Below, piece by piece: positions 50,887-64,000 of a stretch of DNA of 64,000 nt. Source of the stretch: Octopus vulgaris (Eukaryota); contig OX597829.1 in the NCBI GenBank assembly GCA_951406725.2, positions 27,466,001-27,530,000 of the forward strand, read 5' to 3'. A program made the translations under genes and the position numbers. Each line of letters opens with the position of its first letter. Within the stretch, counting starts at the first letter, position 1. The notes beneath the pieces are model-generated. The model saw only the letters and a program-made list of their open reading frames with translations. It was not told where the DNA came from and did no database searches.

Positions 50887-51473
50887 GTGTGTGTGTAGTG
50901 ACTTCATTTAGGCATAGAGTAGATTCGAGCCTGAATCTGCCAATTTCCTTTAACATTTCAACAGCACTTTTGTCACAGACAAAACAATAGTAACAGTTAT
51001 AATGAACACATGGCTTTGCCAAACCGATTTATGTTTTTTCCACTTGACCCTCTTAACCTCTTGTGAGAGTTTGTGAGAACCGAGTCTGGTTGACCGTTTC
51101 TGAACGAAAAGGTATAGAGATAGAGAAACAACTATGGTAACTCACCAACGAAGCAGTTGTTTCGTCCCACTACTGTCACTTTCACTCGCTCACTTTCTCT
51201 TCTCTATAACATTACTCAATCTCTGTCTGTGTTTTACAGCTACACATGGCGAGAACACAAACACACCTATTCAAGGAAAGTCTACGATATCTCTCTTCAT
51301 CTCGCATGCTTAACGAATTGTTTTATACATGCCAGCCCGTTGTGGTTTTGGCTACAACAATATGTAACGGTAAATAAACGTTTGTTTACTACTTCGATCA
51401 CTGTTCTTCTTTTCACGTTGCACATCTGCAACATCAACACCCGTTACACACACACACGCGCGCACGCACACAC

Positions 51474-51555
<82 letters not shown>

Positions 51556-52139
51556 ATATATATATATACGACAGGCTTCCACAAAGTTACCTCTACGAAT
51601 TTCACTCACTAAGCAGTGGTGGGCCCAGGGCCATAGCAGTAGACAGCTACCCAAAGTACTACTGAGTGGGGCTGAATCACGTACCCACATGGCTGCAAAA
51701 CAAGACAGCCATGCTCTGGCGCCTATACGACTTGAGAATATACTTAACTTTTTCCGATAACAGAAAAACTCCAACATGATAAATTTCCCTAATACACATC
51801 TTTGCCTGGCTAGAACTTTATCAAATCAAATAACGGTTAAAATCAACCAAAAACCTGAAACAATTGATCTCATTCCTGATGTGCATTTCAACCCTACAAA
51901 GGCTTTCACGATTGTGTTAAATAACTAAGACGACCAGTTATCAATTAGGTACTCATAGAGTGAACATGTCATATTATGTATCACTACAATTGTTTCAACA
52001 GATCACAACCAGCTGTTCATTGCTGAATGCTTCATATATAATAAACAAAACTGTGTAAATTAATACTATTCAACAATACCGAACCATTTCATCAAGTGAG
52101 TATAGGACAAAAACTCTGTTAAGTCAGATTCTGATTTTT

Positions 52140-52550
52140 TAGGAGTGGCTGTATGGTAAGTAGCTTGCTTACCAACCACATGGTTCCGGGTTCATTCCCA
52201 TTGCGTGGCACCTAGGGTAAGTGTCTTCTACTATAGCTTCGGGCCGACCAAAGCCTTGTGAGTGGATTTGGTAGACGGAAACTGAAAGAAGCCCGTCGTG
52301 TGTGTGTGTATGTGTGTGTGTGCGTGTGTGCGTGCGTGTATGTTTGTGTGTCTGTGTTTGTCCCCCAACATCGCTTGACAACCGATGCTGGTGTGTTTAC
52401 GTCCTCGTAACTTAGCGGTTCGGCAAAAGAGACCGATAGAATAAGTACTAGGCTTACAAACAATAAGTCCTGGGGTCGATTTGCTCAACTAAAGGCGGTG
52501 CTCCAGCATCGCCGCAGTCAAGTGACTGAAACAAGTAAAAGAGTAAAGAG
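52140..52550 (+). mobile_element. Full-length S1 SINE
   Basis: Matches 47565-47975. Confidence 0.92.
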
Positions 52551-53104
52551 TATAATTAAAAGATCAAACGGCAGAAAAATGCAAAGAACAAAGAAAAAGA
52601 AACAAAATAAAGAACGAAGAAACATCATACTCATTCAACGATAAACAACAAACACATTTCCTGTTGTAATTTTGGGGAAAAAAATAAGAATAAACGTTTA
52701 CAGATAATAATGTAAAAGGAAAAAATTTATCACTTAACCATCTCTTATACTTTTCACGGTTCCACTTCAAAGAAAGCCAATGACATTCCCTCTCTTCCTC
52801 AACACAAGATGTCTATTCTACACTAAAATCTGTCACTTTGCAGCTTTAACTTACACTACAGTTTTCATTTCAAACCAATAAGAAATGCTATTGAAGCAAC
52901 AAATGCACACACACACACAAGCATATAAAATAATCCCGAAAATACGACAAAGAAATATTTTAACGCATCTCTAATGATCAGTTATAATGGTTTCCGTACC
53001 AACACCAAATTGTAACTGATCATGAAGGATGTGTTAAAGTATTTCTTTGTCTTATTACTTGGAATATATTTTGCTCTTCGTCACCCTACCAAGACCTTAC
53101 CTAT

Positions 53105-53263
<159 letters not shown>

Positions 53264-53351
53264 AAAACAAGTGGATGTATTCCACTGAAACTAGGTAAAT
53301 AGATTCTTTGAACAGGGACAGTCAGTAGCGACACCTGCTGGGTCTGACTAC

Positions 53352-53394
53352 GCTGCATTGATAAAGGGCAAATACCCTGAAACATGTCTGCAGC
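53352..53394 (+). ncRNA. Degenerate minimal hammerhead motif in a Penelope-like fragment
   Basis: GCTGCA-TTGATAA-AGGG caaata CCCT-GAAA-CATG-TC-TGCAGC. All stems are intact, but the core is mutated from CTGATGA. Confidence 0.6.
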
Positions 53395-53650
53395 TGTCTA
53401 ACTGGCAGGATGAAGCGGCTGACCTCCCCTGTTCGAAGGTTTATAATGGACGCAGGTTGTGTGTCAAATAGCTAGCTTGAGGCGGTGGCCTCTTGGAGTT
53501 AATCAGCGACAGCTTTAGTCTTATATTTATAAGACTGCCATATAAGTATGGCGATAACTATTAATTTCCAGTAACGCTGCCGTAATCTCCTTTAGAGAGA
53601 CTTAGTAATTTTAATATTTCTATTATATATATATATATATACATATAGAT

Positions 53651-53681
<31 letters not shown>

Positions 53682-54959
53682 TACACACACACATATATAT
53701 ATATGCATACACAACATATTTATCCTCACTAATGTACATGCGTTTGTATGTACATATATTTAGCCATATATACACGCATACCTTTTATTCTCTATAATTT
53801 GTACACTTTCTTTTATACCAACGTAGGTATAGAACCTACATTCACACTCATGTATTGATAATTCATTTAGAATAAATCTATAAAAAATTGAAATACACTA
53901 TAGGATTAACTGGTAAGACTTGCTAGCATAGACATACATAGTTTTACACATAAGGGCAATATATTCACACACAATAATAAGGACATAGCTATATACTCCC
54001 TATTCGTTCTATAATTACACATCTCAAATGTATAGACATATTAGTAATAACAAATACATCTACAGTATGCTAGCTGCCATCATATTACATAACAAAGGTG
54101 CACATCAATAAAATTGAAAGTAAATAGATAAATAAACAATATTATGTTGAATATCAAAAGTTTTTCCCAAATTCCAAAAACGAGCTTTTGAGTGTATGGT
54201 TACACTTTTGAACGATTTCGGAAGGTCTGCTAATGACTTTACCAATGAACAATAGAATGCATAATGTCTCTGCTAAGCAGAAGTTAGATGATTTTGAATA
54301 TGCATTGTATGGGTACGCATTCCGTACCACTGATCTTATCAATGCTGTAATGTACCTTTGTTTCTTTGAGGTTCCAGATCAGGTTTGCGAGTGATGTGCA
54401 TTGTCTTTTGCAGATGCTTTTAATTTATGCAATGTGACTGCGCCAACGATATTTGAAATGATTATTGGTTGCACCTATATATGCACAGACGCTTGTACTC
54501 ATTCTGACAGTATATTTGCATATAATGTTTTTGGGGAGACACTCGTCTGCCAGAGGACAAGCTTTCTTGTCTCTACAATTATATCTTTTAATATACTATT
54601 TTCAACTTGATTAATTGTCTTATTCCTGTTTCCCTTTTCTTCTTAACAGTACTGTTGTGGTTATTATTGTTGTAGTTACTATTGTCCCAATCATTATTAA
54701 TACTGTTGTTATACCCAATGTCATTATTATTATTATATATATATATATATATACATATGTCACAGAACCTCCCAAAACCAATATCAATGTAAGTAATCTC
54801 CACAAACCATAGATCCATAAACACTTTCCACTTTTCTAGACTGAAGAACAATTCAGATATAATGAAATCAAGATATGTATTCCCAGCATCGGCTGTTACG
54901 AAATGATAGAACAATTTTTATTCCGCAAAGAAATTCATTCGCACTCTGGGGACGGGTAT

Positions 54960-55963
54960 AATGACGGAAAGCATGAAATATTTATAAGCTTATAATAAAT
55001 TAATTAAGTTGTTGTGTGCAGTGATGGAGTTTATGCAAGATTTACTTAGTTAAAATATGAAAAAATAAATGACGCGTTGTCTTCTGCAACTCAAAGAATA
55101 TTAGTATTAACCCAAATCGACATCTGTTCTAGAGAACAATCGTTCTTAGGGTGAAGGTTACTAAAAGACAAACCTTTTAAATTACGGTTATTCGTGAAAA
55201 TGAAGGAAGATTTGTTGTCAAAAACGCGAAAAGCTTATTTTGAAGACTGTAATGTAGTAGATATAACGAGGTGGGTGGCGTGTTATGTCATATATAAATT
55301 CGAAGAACACAATACAGGATTTAAAAAAAGGATTTGATTATTTGCTGCAAGAACTCTGGTATACAAAGCTGGTTTCTTGCAGAAGATTTTTTTCTTTTTC
55401 TTTTTTTCTTTTTTATCAGTTGAACTGAATGAATGCAAGGAAAAAGAGAAAACCATTCAAAAGTCAACATATAGAATTAGAGCGTTTAAAAGACAAAATA
55501 ATTAGAAAAAAATAATGAAACCTTTGAACCTGCATCAAAAATAGTGACAAAAGGTTCTATTGGTAAGAATTTAATTTTACTGCATGAAAAAAAAAAAAGA
55601 AGTAAATGTCTATTCTCCTACAATAGAAGAATATGATTGGATAAGAAATCCTTTTGTTACTATTGAAAATAATGTCCTCCGCTTTTCGAAATCGGATAAC
55701 AACGGTCGTCATTGTTTTAAAAGATGATCGATGCTTGTTATTGAAATTTAAAGAAACTAACTTGCACAGATTTTGGATTTCAATGGGAAGATAAATATCA
55801 GAATTTATTCAAAACAGCTTTGACGACTTTGATGCAATTTTCAGTTTTCAACAATCAATACTTGCAAAGCATTTTCTGTTATAGGTAACAAAATGTCGGA
55901 AAAGCGTTTAGGTTTTTAAGAGCCTTGAATTCAAAATGAATCTGTTTTATTTTAAACTTCTCC

Positions 55964-56034
<71 letters not shown>

Positions 56035-56318
56035 ACGTAAAAAGGAAAATAGGCATTTCAGCTTGACCCAAATATTTCATTAACAAACGGGAATTTCAAA
56101 TATATCGTTCTATTTACTCGCTGCTGTAAAATAGGATTAAATTTGTGTTATGTTGATTTTCAACTTTAAATATGTCTTGCTTGTTTTGCATTGCTTTTTC
56201 TTTTAAATTTTAAGACATATTTCTAATGGGACATCTCGTTTTTTGTTGGGTTTTTTTTTTTTTTTTTTTTTGTGAAACAAAAGGGTGCTGCCATTTTTCA
56301 AAGACTGGAAAGCACTAG
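54960..56318 (+). pseudogene. Highly degraded hAT (Buster-like) transposase 3' remnant
   Basis: EYDWIRNPF motif at ~55630, FWI downstream, and a terminal gactggaaagcactag resembling a Buster-type TIR. Boundaries are approximate. Confidence 0.5.
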
Positions 56319-56414
56319 ATCAAATACCTGACCAACATCAAGTAAAAAAAAAAAAATAGCCTTTTGATGCTGCTGCTGTTTGAAACAATTTTAGATTCGC
56401 CTGGAGTTCTCTTT

Positions 56415-56878
56415 TATCTCTTTTATTTGTTTCGGTTATTTGATTGCGGCCATGCTGGAGCACCGCCTTTAGTCAAACAAATCAACCCCCAGAACTTATT
56501 CTTTGTAAACACAGTACTTATTCTATCGGTCTCTTTTGCCGAACCGCTAAGTTACGAAGACCTAATCACACCAGCATCGGTTATCAAGTGATGGTGGGGG
56601 GAACAAACACAGACACACAAATATATATATATATATATATATATACATACATACATACATACATACATACATACATACATACATACATACATACATACAT
56701 ACATACATACATACGACGGTTTATCTTTCAGTTTCCGTCTACCAAATCCATTCACAACGCTTTGGTCGGCCCGAGGCTATAGAAGAAGACACTTGCTGGA
56801 GTTGCCACGCAGTGGGACTGAACCCAGAACCATGTGGTTGGTAAGCAAGCTATTTACCACACAGCTACTCCTGCGCCT
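56415..56878 (-). mobile_element. Full-length S1 SINE
   Basis: Reverse complement of the S1 sequence with internal (TATG)n. Confidence 0.9.
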
Positions 56879-57124
56879 TGTTGTTTTATTGTTGTTTTAT
56901 TTTTATTTATTTCTCTTTTGTATTTTGTTTTTTCTTAGTCCCCACTCTCGGTCAACCCTGGACCATCATCGCTAGGTGGGATTATAAAATTTTAAAATGA
57001 TCGTATATTATTCCTTATTAATAATCTCTTTAAATGCTGGAGTTCAAAGAGAAGGCCATCAGTCCGGTCATTGATTCTTATTTATTTATTTATTTGCTTT
57101 TCATTTTGGCCTAAACCGTTTAAC

Positions 57125-57460
57125 TAAATCGTTTTCCCATGACATGAAGACCTTCCGAATGGATTTTCCAATCTCTTCGATACCATTCCGCTACTACACT
57201 GGTTCATCTGTTGTCTATGAACTTTGTGACATGTGCAGCCCAGTGGAACCTGTTGTCTTTTCGTTATTCTGCGATCAAATCGTTCACTCTGCTCCGTTTT
57301 TTGTATTGCCTCATGTCGAATATGCTCTCGCATTGATATTCCTAGAATGGATCTTTCCAAGTCCCTTTGTGTCGTAGTCAACCGATGTTCTTTTCTCTTC
57401 GTACTCTTCACAGAGCTCCACGTATAAGAGCGCATAGGTAAAACAATGCAATTGAAGAGA
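57125..57460 (-). pseudogene. RTE-clade LINE 3' coding remnant
   Basis: SYTWS...EHRLTTTQRDLERSILGISMREHIRHEAI, followed by frameshifted HWAAHV...VVEWY. Confidence 0.7.
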
Positions 57461-57540
57461 CTAGCACGGATATATAAATTCATACAGCAGAGACACACAC
57501 AGATACAAACACACAAACACACTTTTATGTATACATATGA

Positions 57541-57642
<102 letters not shown>

Positions 57643-58259
57643 GTGTTTGTGTTGTTTTTAACAGTGGAACTTCAAGAAGATAAAGCTATAAATAATAGTG
57701 CATTGAATACTCAGCTAAAAAAAAGACTGTTCTTGAGACACAAACTCGCATCTCCTATTTACATGACAGACGTTCTGCCATTAAATCAAAGCAATACTTC
57801 GGATTTTCTACAACCATTTTAAAGTATTCTTCTTACCAACGAAAATTGTATGTTGTTTACGTCATAAGAATGTAAAAACTTCGAAGCATGTGAAATAATT
57901 CGTTTTCAACAATGGAACGCGAAGTAGATGAAGCTAAATATGTCGAAGCCCTGGGCTTTTCCAGTCCAATGGTTATTTTTTAGCCCAATATTCTGCATAA
58001 TGATAGAGCTGTTATTTATTGCTAGTGGGGCGAAAAAGATTAAGTGAAGCTATTTAAGAAAGAAAGGATGATTTGCATTTTTTATGTTTCATTTTGCTAA
58101 GTATTTCACTTCCAGTCAAAATAATACATTATATTTTTAAATTTCACTCTACTAAGCACTTTATATTTATCTCTTTCTCTCTACCTCTTCAACAAACTTG
58201 TAATTCCTGTCTTCATATCTTTAACATTCCTCTCTTTCTTTTCATCTCTCACTTCCAAT

Positions 58260-58322
<63 letters not shown>

Positions 58323-58457
58323 CGTAACTGCCTCCCCTTCCCATCTCTCTTTTATCTGCCATTCTGTAACCTCACCACAAGAACATTACCCTCCGCTAAA
58401 TATTATATCCGAAACATACCTCTTTCTCTTTACCTTTCTCTCTCCACCGTACAGCAC

Positions 58458-58531
<74 letters not shown>

Positions 58532-59039
58532 CGATGATGATAGTTTTCCCCTTGTGACCCAGGAAAACAATGAATGACCACTGCCCATACAAAATGCCAG
58601 CAATGCCCATGCACAAGGTTATTGCACCACATCGTTTTCACCCGGGTTCGCCTCCGCAGCTTCCATGTTCGCCGCAGCGCACTCCTTAGTCGCTTCGCCG
58701 GCAATTGCACAGACTTTCACCGCATCTCATAGACCTTCTCCACCCTACTGACATGATCCAGAGACAAGCCAGGGCAAAATATTCTGTACCAATATGAATT
58801 GCAGGCCCAGGAATGTAGGAAAGCCATGATTTCAAGCGCAAGTAAAAGATTCCCAAAATGTTCAATGTCACTCCGTGCATATCTGGTTTTATATCTAAGT
58901 GAGTTGCTGGAGCCATGCTTTAGCAAAATCTAAGGGGTACCTCAGAACCTGTGGTCTTCCAGCGCGCCGGACACCAGCCCGGAATTTCTGAGGGCTCATG
59001 CTAGATAGTCGTTGAACCTTTACTGAGTTCATCCGTTCG

Positions 59040-59287
59040 TTTGTACGTACGTACATACATACATACATACATACATACATACATACATTCATACATACAT
59101 ACATACATACATACATACATACATACATACATACATACATACATACATACATACATACATACGTACGTACATACGTACGTACGTACATACATACATACAT
59201 ACATGCATGCACATATACATACATACATACGTACATACATACATACATACATACATACATACGTACGTACGTACGTACGTACATACA

Positions 59288-59321
<34 letters not shown>

Positions 59322-60478
59322 CATACATACATGCATGCACATATACATACATACATACGTACATACATACATACATACATACATACATACATACATACAT
59401 ACATACATACATACATACATACATACATACATAGTGACTGCTTTCTCGTACACGAACAAAGCCATTGCTAGAAAGAATCATTGAAATGAATCGTTGATAA
59501 TGCAATGTGAGGCCCATATACGACTCTTGAGCCCCGCCAAAGATTTGCACATTCTATTGCATAATGCACAGTTGTGCTGGTTGGCAGAAGGGACCGTTGT
59601 CATAGTATGAAGTCTTTCGACATGTCTTTTCAATTCGACGACTGAACAGGACACACCTTTCCACAGATTGCACATATTCTGTTGTGAACAATACATGTAT
59701 CACAATTTACAAGGGTTCGATTCCTGTGGCTTATTTGATGGCTGACCAGGCCTGTATGACTTAAAGCATTTCCCCCTACAAAAATTACTCGTAAAAATCA
59801 ATACTCCTTCATTCTTTCTAAGCTTTCTCCTGATTTTCTCGTGTTTCATTCTTTCTTTCAAACTTCCAGCAACCACATAAATACATACATGCATGTATGC
59901 ATGCATACATACATACATACATACATACATACATACATACATACATACATACATACATACATACATGCATGCATGCATGCATGCATACATACATACATAC
60001 ATACATACATACATACATACATACATACATACATGCATGCATGCATGCATACATACATGCATGCATGCATACATACATACATACATACATACATACATGC
60101 ATGCATGCATACATACATACATACATACATACATGCATGCATGCATGCATGCTTGCATACATGCATACATACATACATACATACATACATACATGCATGC
60201 ATGCATGCTTGCATACATGCATACATACATACATACATGCATGCATGCATGCATGCTTGCATACATGCATACATACATACATACATACATACATGCATGC
60301 ATGCATGCTTGCATACATGCATACATACATACATACATACATACATACATGCATGCATGCATGCATGCATGCTTGCATACATGCATACATACATACATAC
60401 ATACATACATACATACATACATACATACATACATACATACATACATACATACATACATACATACGTACGTACGTACGA
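59040..60478. repeat. Long (ATAC)n/(ATGC)n microsatellite blocks
   Basis: Direct reading of 59040-59432 and 59880-60478. Confidence 0.95.
59470..59700 (-). pseudogene. RTE/BovB-like LINE C-terminal remnant
   Basis: HNCALCNRMCKSLAGLKS C2H2-like terminus typical of RTE ORF ends. Confidence 0.6.
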
Positions 60479-60571
60479 AATGTGTTCTCATATATAACCC
60501 GAGATTCGCTTATTCGATTCAATGGAGATTTCGAGTACATATAAAGAAACGGACAGTTTAGGCAGAACAAT

Positions 60572-60636
<65 letters not shown>

Positions 60637-61309
60637 ATGATATTAGACATTATATATTGTATATATATTGATGCAATGAATTGCATTCTAAAATAAACCT
60701 TCTCAAGTAGAATGGAAAGAAACAAAACTATTTATAAACTTGAGACATATGTTACGAATTACACGTATTAAGACACAACTCCAGACGATGGAATTCAATA
60801 TACTATTAACAGTGCCGAATTTGCTTACCAAAGAAACAGAAGTCCATATCGTTTACTCGCTGGTTCGATGGTTTGTTTATTATAGCTGACGATCAAAATT
60901 TGCTTAAAATGTAAACACGACATACTGATCGTGTTTGTTTTCTTGCAGCTGGTGACATTTAAAGAAATATATTTTCTAGATCTTTGAACGAGTAACCAGT
61001 AATAGTGAATTCCGCTTTTAAAAGCTGATAATTATTGAATATCGTGTTTATTAATTTATATAAATTCAGAGCAGACATCAGTTCGGAGATTCTTTTCCTT
61101 TTCATTCTACTTAACAGTGGTTATTCTCCCGAGGGATGATAGATTGTTACACAAACACACACTTCGTCTTTGTCACTAGCACCAATATGCATCCCCTTGA
61201 GCTGTTGCAGGAAGACAGAGGGCATTGGTAGAAGAGGTAGGGCGTTCTGCCTATATGCACACTTATACATACATACATACATACATACATACATACATAC
61301 ATACATACA

Positions 61310-61945
61310 ATTACAGGTTTGTACTTGTAATCATTGGAGCACTGGAATATTTGACTAGGTACCAATCTTGAGAAATTAAGCTTCTCAAAACCAGAATGGA
61401 GAAAGCTCATTCGAAGACTACAGATCAAAGCCATCACTAGAACTGTAAAAACCTGTAAAGCTCTCCAGAAGTTTATCATTTGAGTATATATGCGCATGTC
61501 TAGATATGCAAATACATGCATGAGAAAACATAAAACGAAACATACAGATCTGCGCTGCTTCTAAATACTGCACATATACTCACATGCAAACAAAATACCC
61601 TATTAAAGTTGAAATTCCAATGACGTAGCCTTGGATCTAGGTGAGAAACCGATTCTTTCTCTATTGGTAAGATTTCTTGAAACAAAGGCGGCGAGCTGGC
61701 AGAAATGTTAGCACGCCGGGCGAAATGTGTAGCCGTATTTCGTCTGCTGTTACGTTCTGAGTTCAAATTCCGCCGAGGTCGACTTTGCCTTTCATCCTTT
61801 CGAGATCGATAAATTAAGTACCAGTTACGCACTGGGATCGATGTAATCGACTTAATCTGTTTGTCTGTCCTTGTTTGTCCTCTCTGTGTTTAGCCCCTTG
61901 TGTGCAGTTAAGAAATAAGAAATCTTGAAATAAAACTGAATAATG
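61310..61945 (+). mobile_element. 5'-truncated R4/Dong-like LINE end, interrupted by an S2 SINE
   Basis: VIIGAL...RKLIRRLQIKAITRTVKTCKALQKFII* follows a (TACA)n tract. The 3' UTR matches 5785-5960. Confidence 0.65.
61684..61917 (+). mobile_element. Full-length S2 SINE
   Basis: Matches 38949-39182. Imperfect TSD aagatttcttgaaa / aagaaatcttgaaa. Confidence 0.9.
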
Positions 61946-62608
61946 ACACATACATATATCGCAAGTGTTTGTTCTTCTATTATGGTTGTTGGATTGTTGG
62001 CTGCATGTAAAATGATAAACAACACTCACAAACAATTAACAGAATCTTTATTTACTGCACATAGTGTTTTCTGTGTTCGTCTTTGAATGAAGAATAAAAA
62101 CTACAATTTATACACACTGGGAGAGAAAAAACTCTAAGGTTTACGACAAAATATCTTATACATATCGATCTGTAACTAGGCCGTCACAATTGAGGAAGTA
62201 TTGTACTAAATTAATGGCGGCAAATATGTACATTCAACCTGGATGGCTGGAGAATGAAAACAAGAGTTTGTATTTGTTAAAACAACTGTCTGACATATTG
62301 AATCTGTCCTTTCAATCTGCACGAATGGAGAATGAAAACGTGAGTATGAAATATTTGAAACTATTGTCTCGGCATTCCGAAGCTGTCGCTAAAAATCCGC
62401 CTTTTTATAGGCCTTCTAAAAAGTCGAATTACGTGATGGCTTGACACTGATTTGTTGGTTAGGCAGCCGACCTCGTGAAACAATAGTTAATTCAATGTGA
62501 CATTTCTATGGCTGTCCAGCGATTCGATTTCGAATCTGCTGCACATAAATACATATATGAATATATAAAAATTCCATTACAAAAACCAAAAAAAAAAATA
62601 GCAGACTA

Positions 62609-63336
62609 GGATCTTTTCGGTTTGAACGGCAGTTTTTAACATAATTTCTAGGTAACTAAAAAATTTTAAACTTCGTGTACTGGTATGATGTGTTTATAAA
62701 ACATCTTTTTCTCTTGGCTTTATTGAGAAAATTCTATAGTTTGTAAGATATTTGGTCTTTAATTTCTTGCATCTCTGCAATTCAACCAATCACTGGCGTC
62801 TATTGAGTTAAAAAGCATTCTGTGCCGTATGAATATGTCCCTCGTTTAAGAATCAGATTGGGTTTATTTAATTTTGTGAAGAAAAAAGATACCCTCCCCC
62901 CACCCCTAATCCTAACCCTAACCCTAACTAACCCTAAATCTAGCGGTGTCATATGAAATTGTCACCCATAATTATGACCCTAGTATCGATCTATTGCATT
63001 TCAATCTATTTAGGATTTAGGGTTAGTTAGGGTTAGGGGTGGGGGAAGGGTATCTTTTTTTTCTTCACAAATGTAAATAAACCCAATCTGTTTCTTAAAC
63101 GAGGGACATATTCATGCGGCACAGAATGTTTTCACCTCAATAGACGGTCATTGATTGGTTGAAATTGCCGAAATGCAAGTAATTAAAGACCAAATATCTT
63201 ACAAACTATAGAATTTTCTCAATAAAGCCAAGAGAAGAAGATGTTTTATAAACACATTCTACCAGTATACGAAGTTTAAAATTTTTTAGTTACATAGAAA
63301 TTATGTTACAAAGTACAGTTCAAACCGAAAAGATCC
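62609..63336. mobile_element. Foldback MITE with ~330-bp inverted arms and inner telomere-like repeats
   Basis: ggatcttttcggtttgaac ... gttcaaaccgaaaagatcc. Flanks gcagacta / gcagactc (7/8 TSD match). (CCCTAA)n and (TTAGGG)n at the inner ends of the arms. Confidence 0.88.
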
Positions 63337-63664
63337 GCAGACTCACCCAATTACTAAAGTTTTAAAATGCTGGACTAAACTCTGAAATTTGGTCTAAACA
63401 TCGTCAAAGCGGAAGTATTAAATCCAATAAAACTGACTAAAATCCAATAAAATAACTAAAACTAGTGATGCATCCGCTGACCAAAAGACCTCCCTCTACC
63501 TACCAGCATCTTTTTTTCTGAACCACCAAAAAACAATCCCATCGCCTGAAACCAATAGAACTAAATCCTCACACCTGTTTATGTGACACATTTAAGTAAC
63601 GTTTTGCACTTGTGCCTTTTGATTTTAAATTGCGTCTAGCCACTTTAATAAATGATGTGTGTTG

Positions 63665-63666
63665 TA

Positions 63667-63718
<52 letters not shown>

Positions 63719-63917
63719 TGTGTTTGTCCCCAACATCGCTTGACAACCGATGCTGGTGTGTTTACGTCCCCGTAATTTAGCGGTTCGTCAAAATAAACCG
63801 ATAGAATAAGTACTAGGCTTACAAAGAATAAGTCCTGGGATCGATTTCCTCGACTTAAGGCGGTGCTCCAGCATGGCCTCAGTCAAATAACTGAAACAAA
63901 TAAAAGAATAAAAGAAT
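63665..63917 (+). mobile_element. 3' half of S1 SINE
   Basis: Matches the S1 body and tail. Confidence 0.85.
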
Positions 63918-64000
63918 ACGTGGTTTCATATATAAAATTCAGTTTTCTTGTATAGCATGAACACCTTCTGCATCACTGCAGCAATAAATGATGTGTATAT

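Noticed and set aside
58396-58926. Poly-His and neighbouring ORFs
   Set aside because: The poly-His is a (GAT)n microsatellite, and the adjacent ORFs show no recognisable homology.
62190-62444. 84-aa ORF as a host exon or transposase piece
   Set aside because: No recognisable motif or convincing splice context, so it could not be assigned.
62903-63040. True telomere or chromosome fusion site
   Set aside because: The repeats are few, degenerate and symmetrically embedded in a TIR element with a TSD.

Overview
This is eukaryotic, AT-rich DNA dense in microsatellites, with no recognisable host gene. The SINE, LINE and Helitron repertoire looks cephalopod (Octopus-like); that assignment comes from recall of repeat families, not a search. 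The centre (~25.9-33.2 kb) is a three-layer nest of L1/Tx1-clade retroelements. A decayed ORF1 gene is split by (A) a ~1.7 kb element encoding only an intact ORF1 (half-L1-like) and (B) a ~5.25 kb full-length Tx1-like LINE with a 13-bp TSD. A, B, an older Tx1 fragment (12.9-14.4 kb) and an abundant tRNA-derived SINE all end in the same 3' motif (GCCCCTTGTGGGTAATAAAGAAATA or close variants), suggesting one RT serving several client elements. The rest holds four SINE families, Penelope-like termini with minimal hammerhead motifs, Helitrons, an internally deleted mariner, a solo LTR, two foldback elements, and R4/Dong, RTE and hAT remnants. Most ORF-track entries are microsatellite translations.
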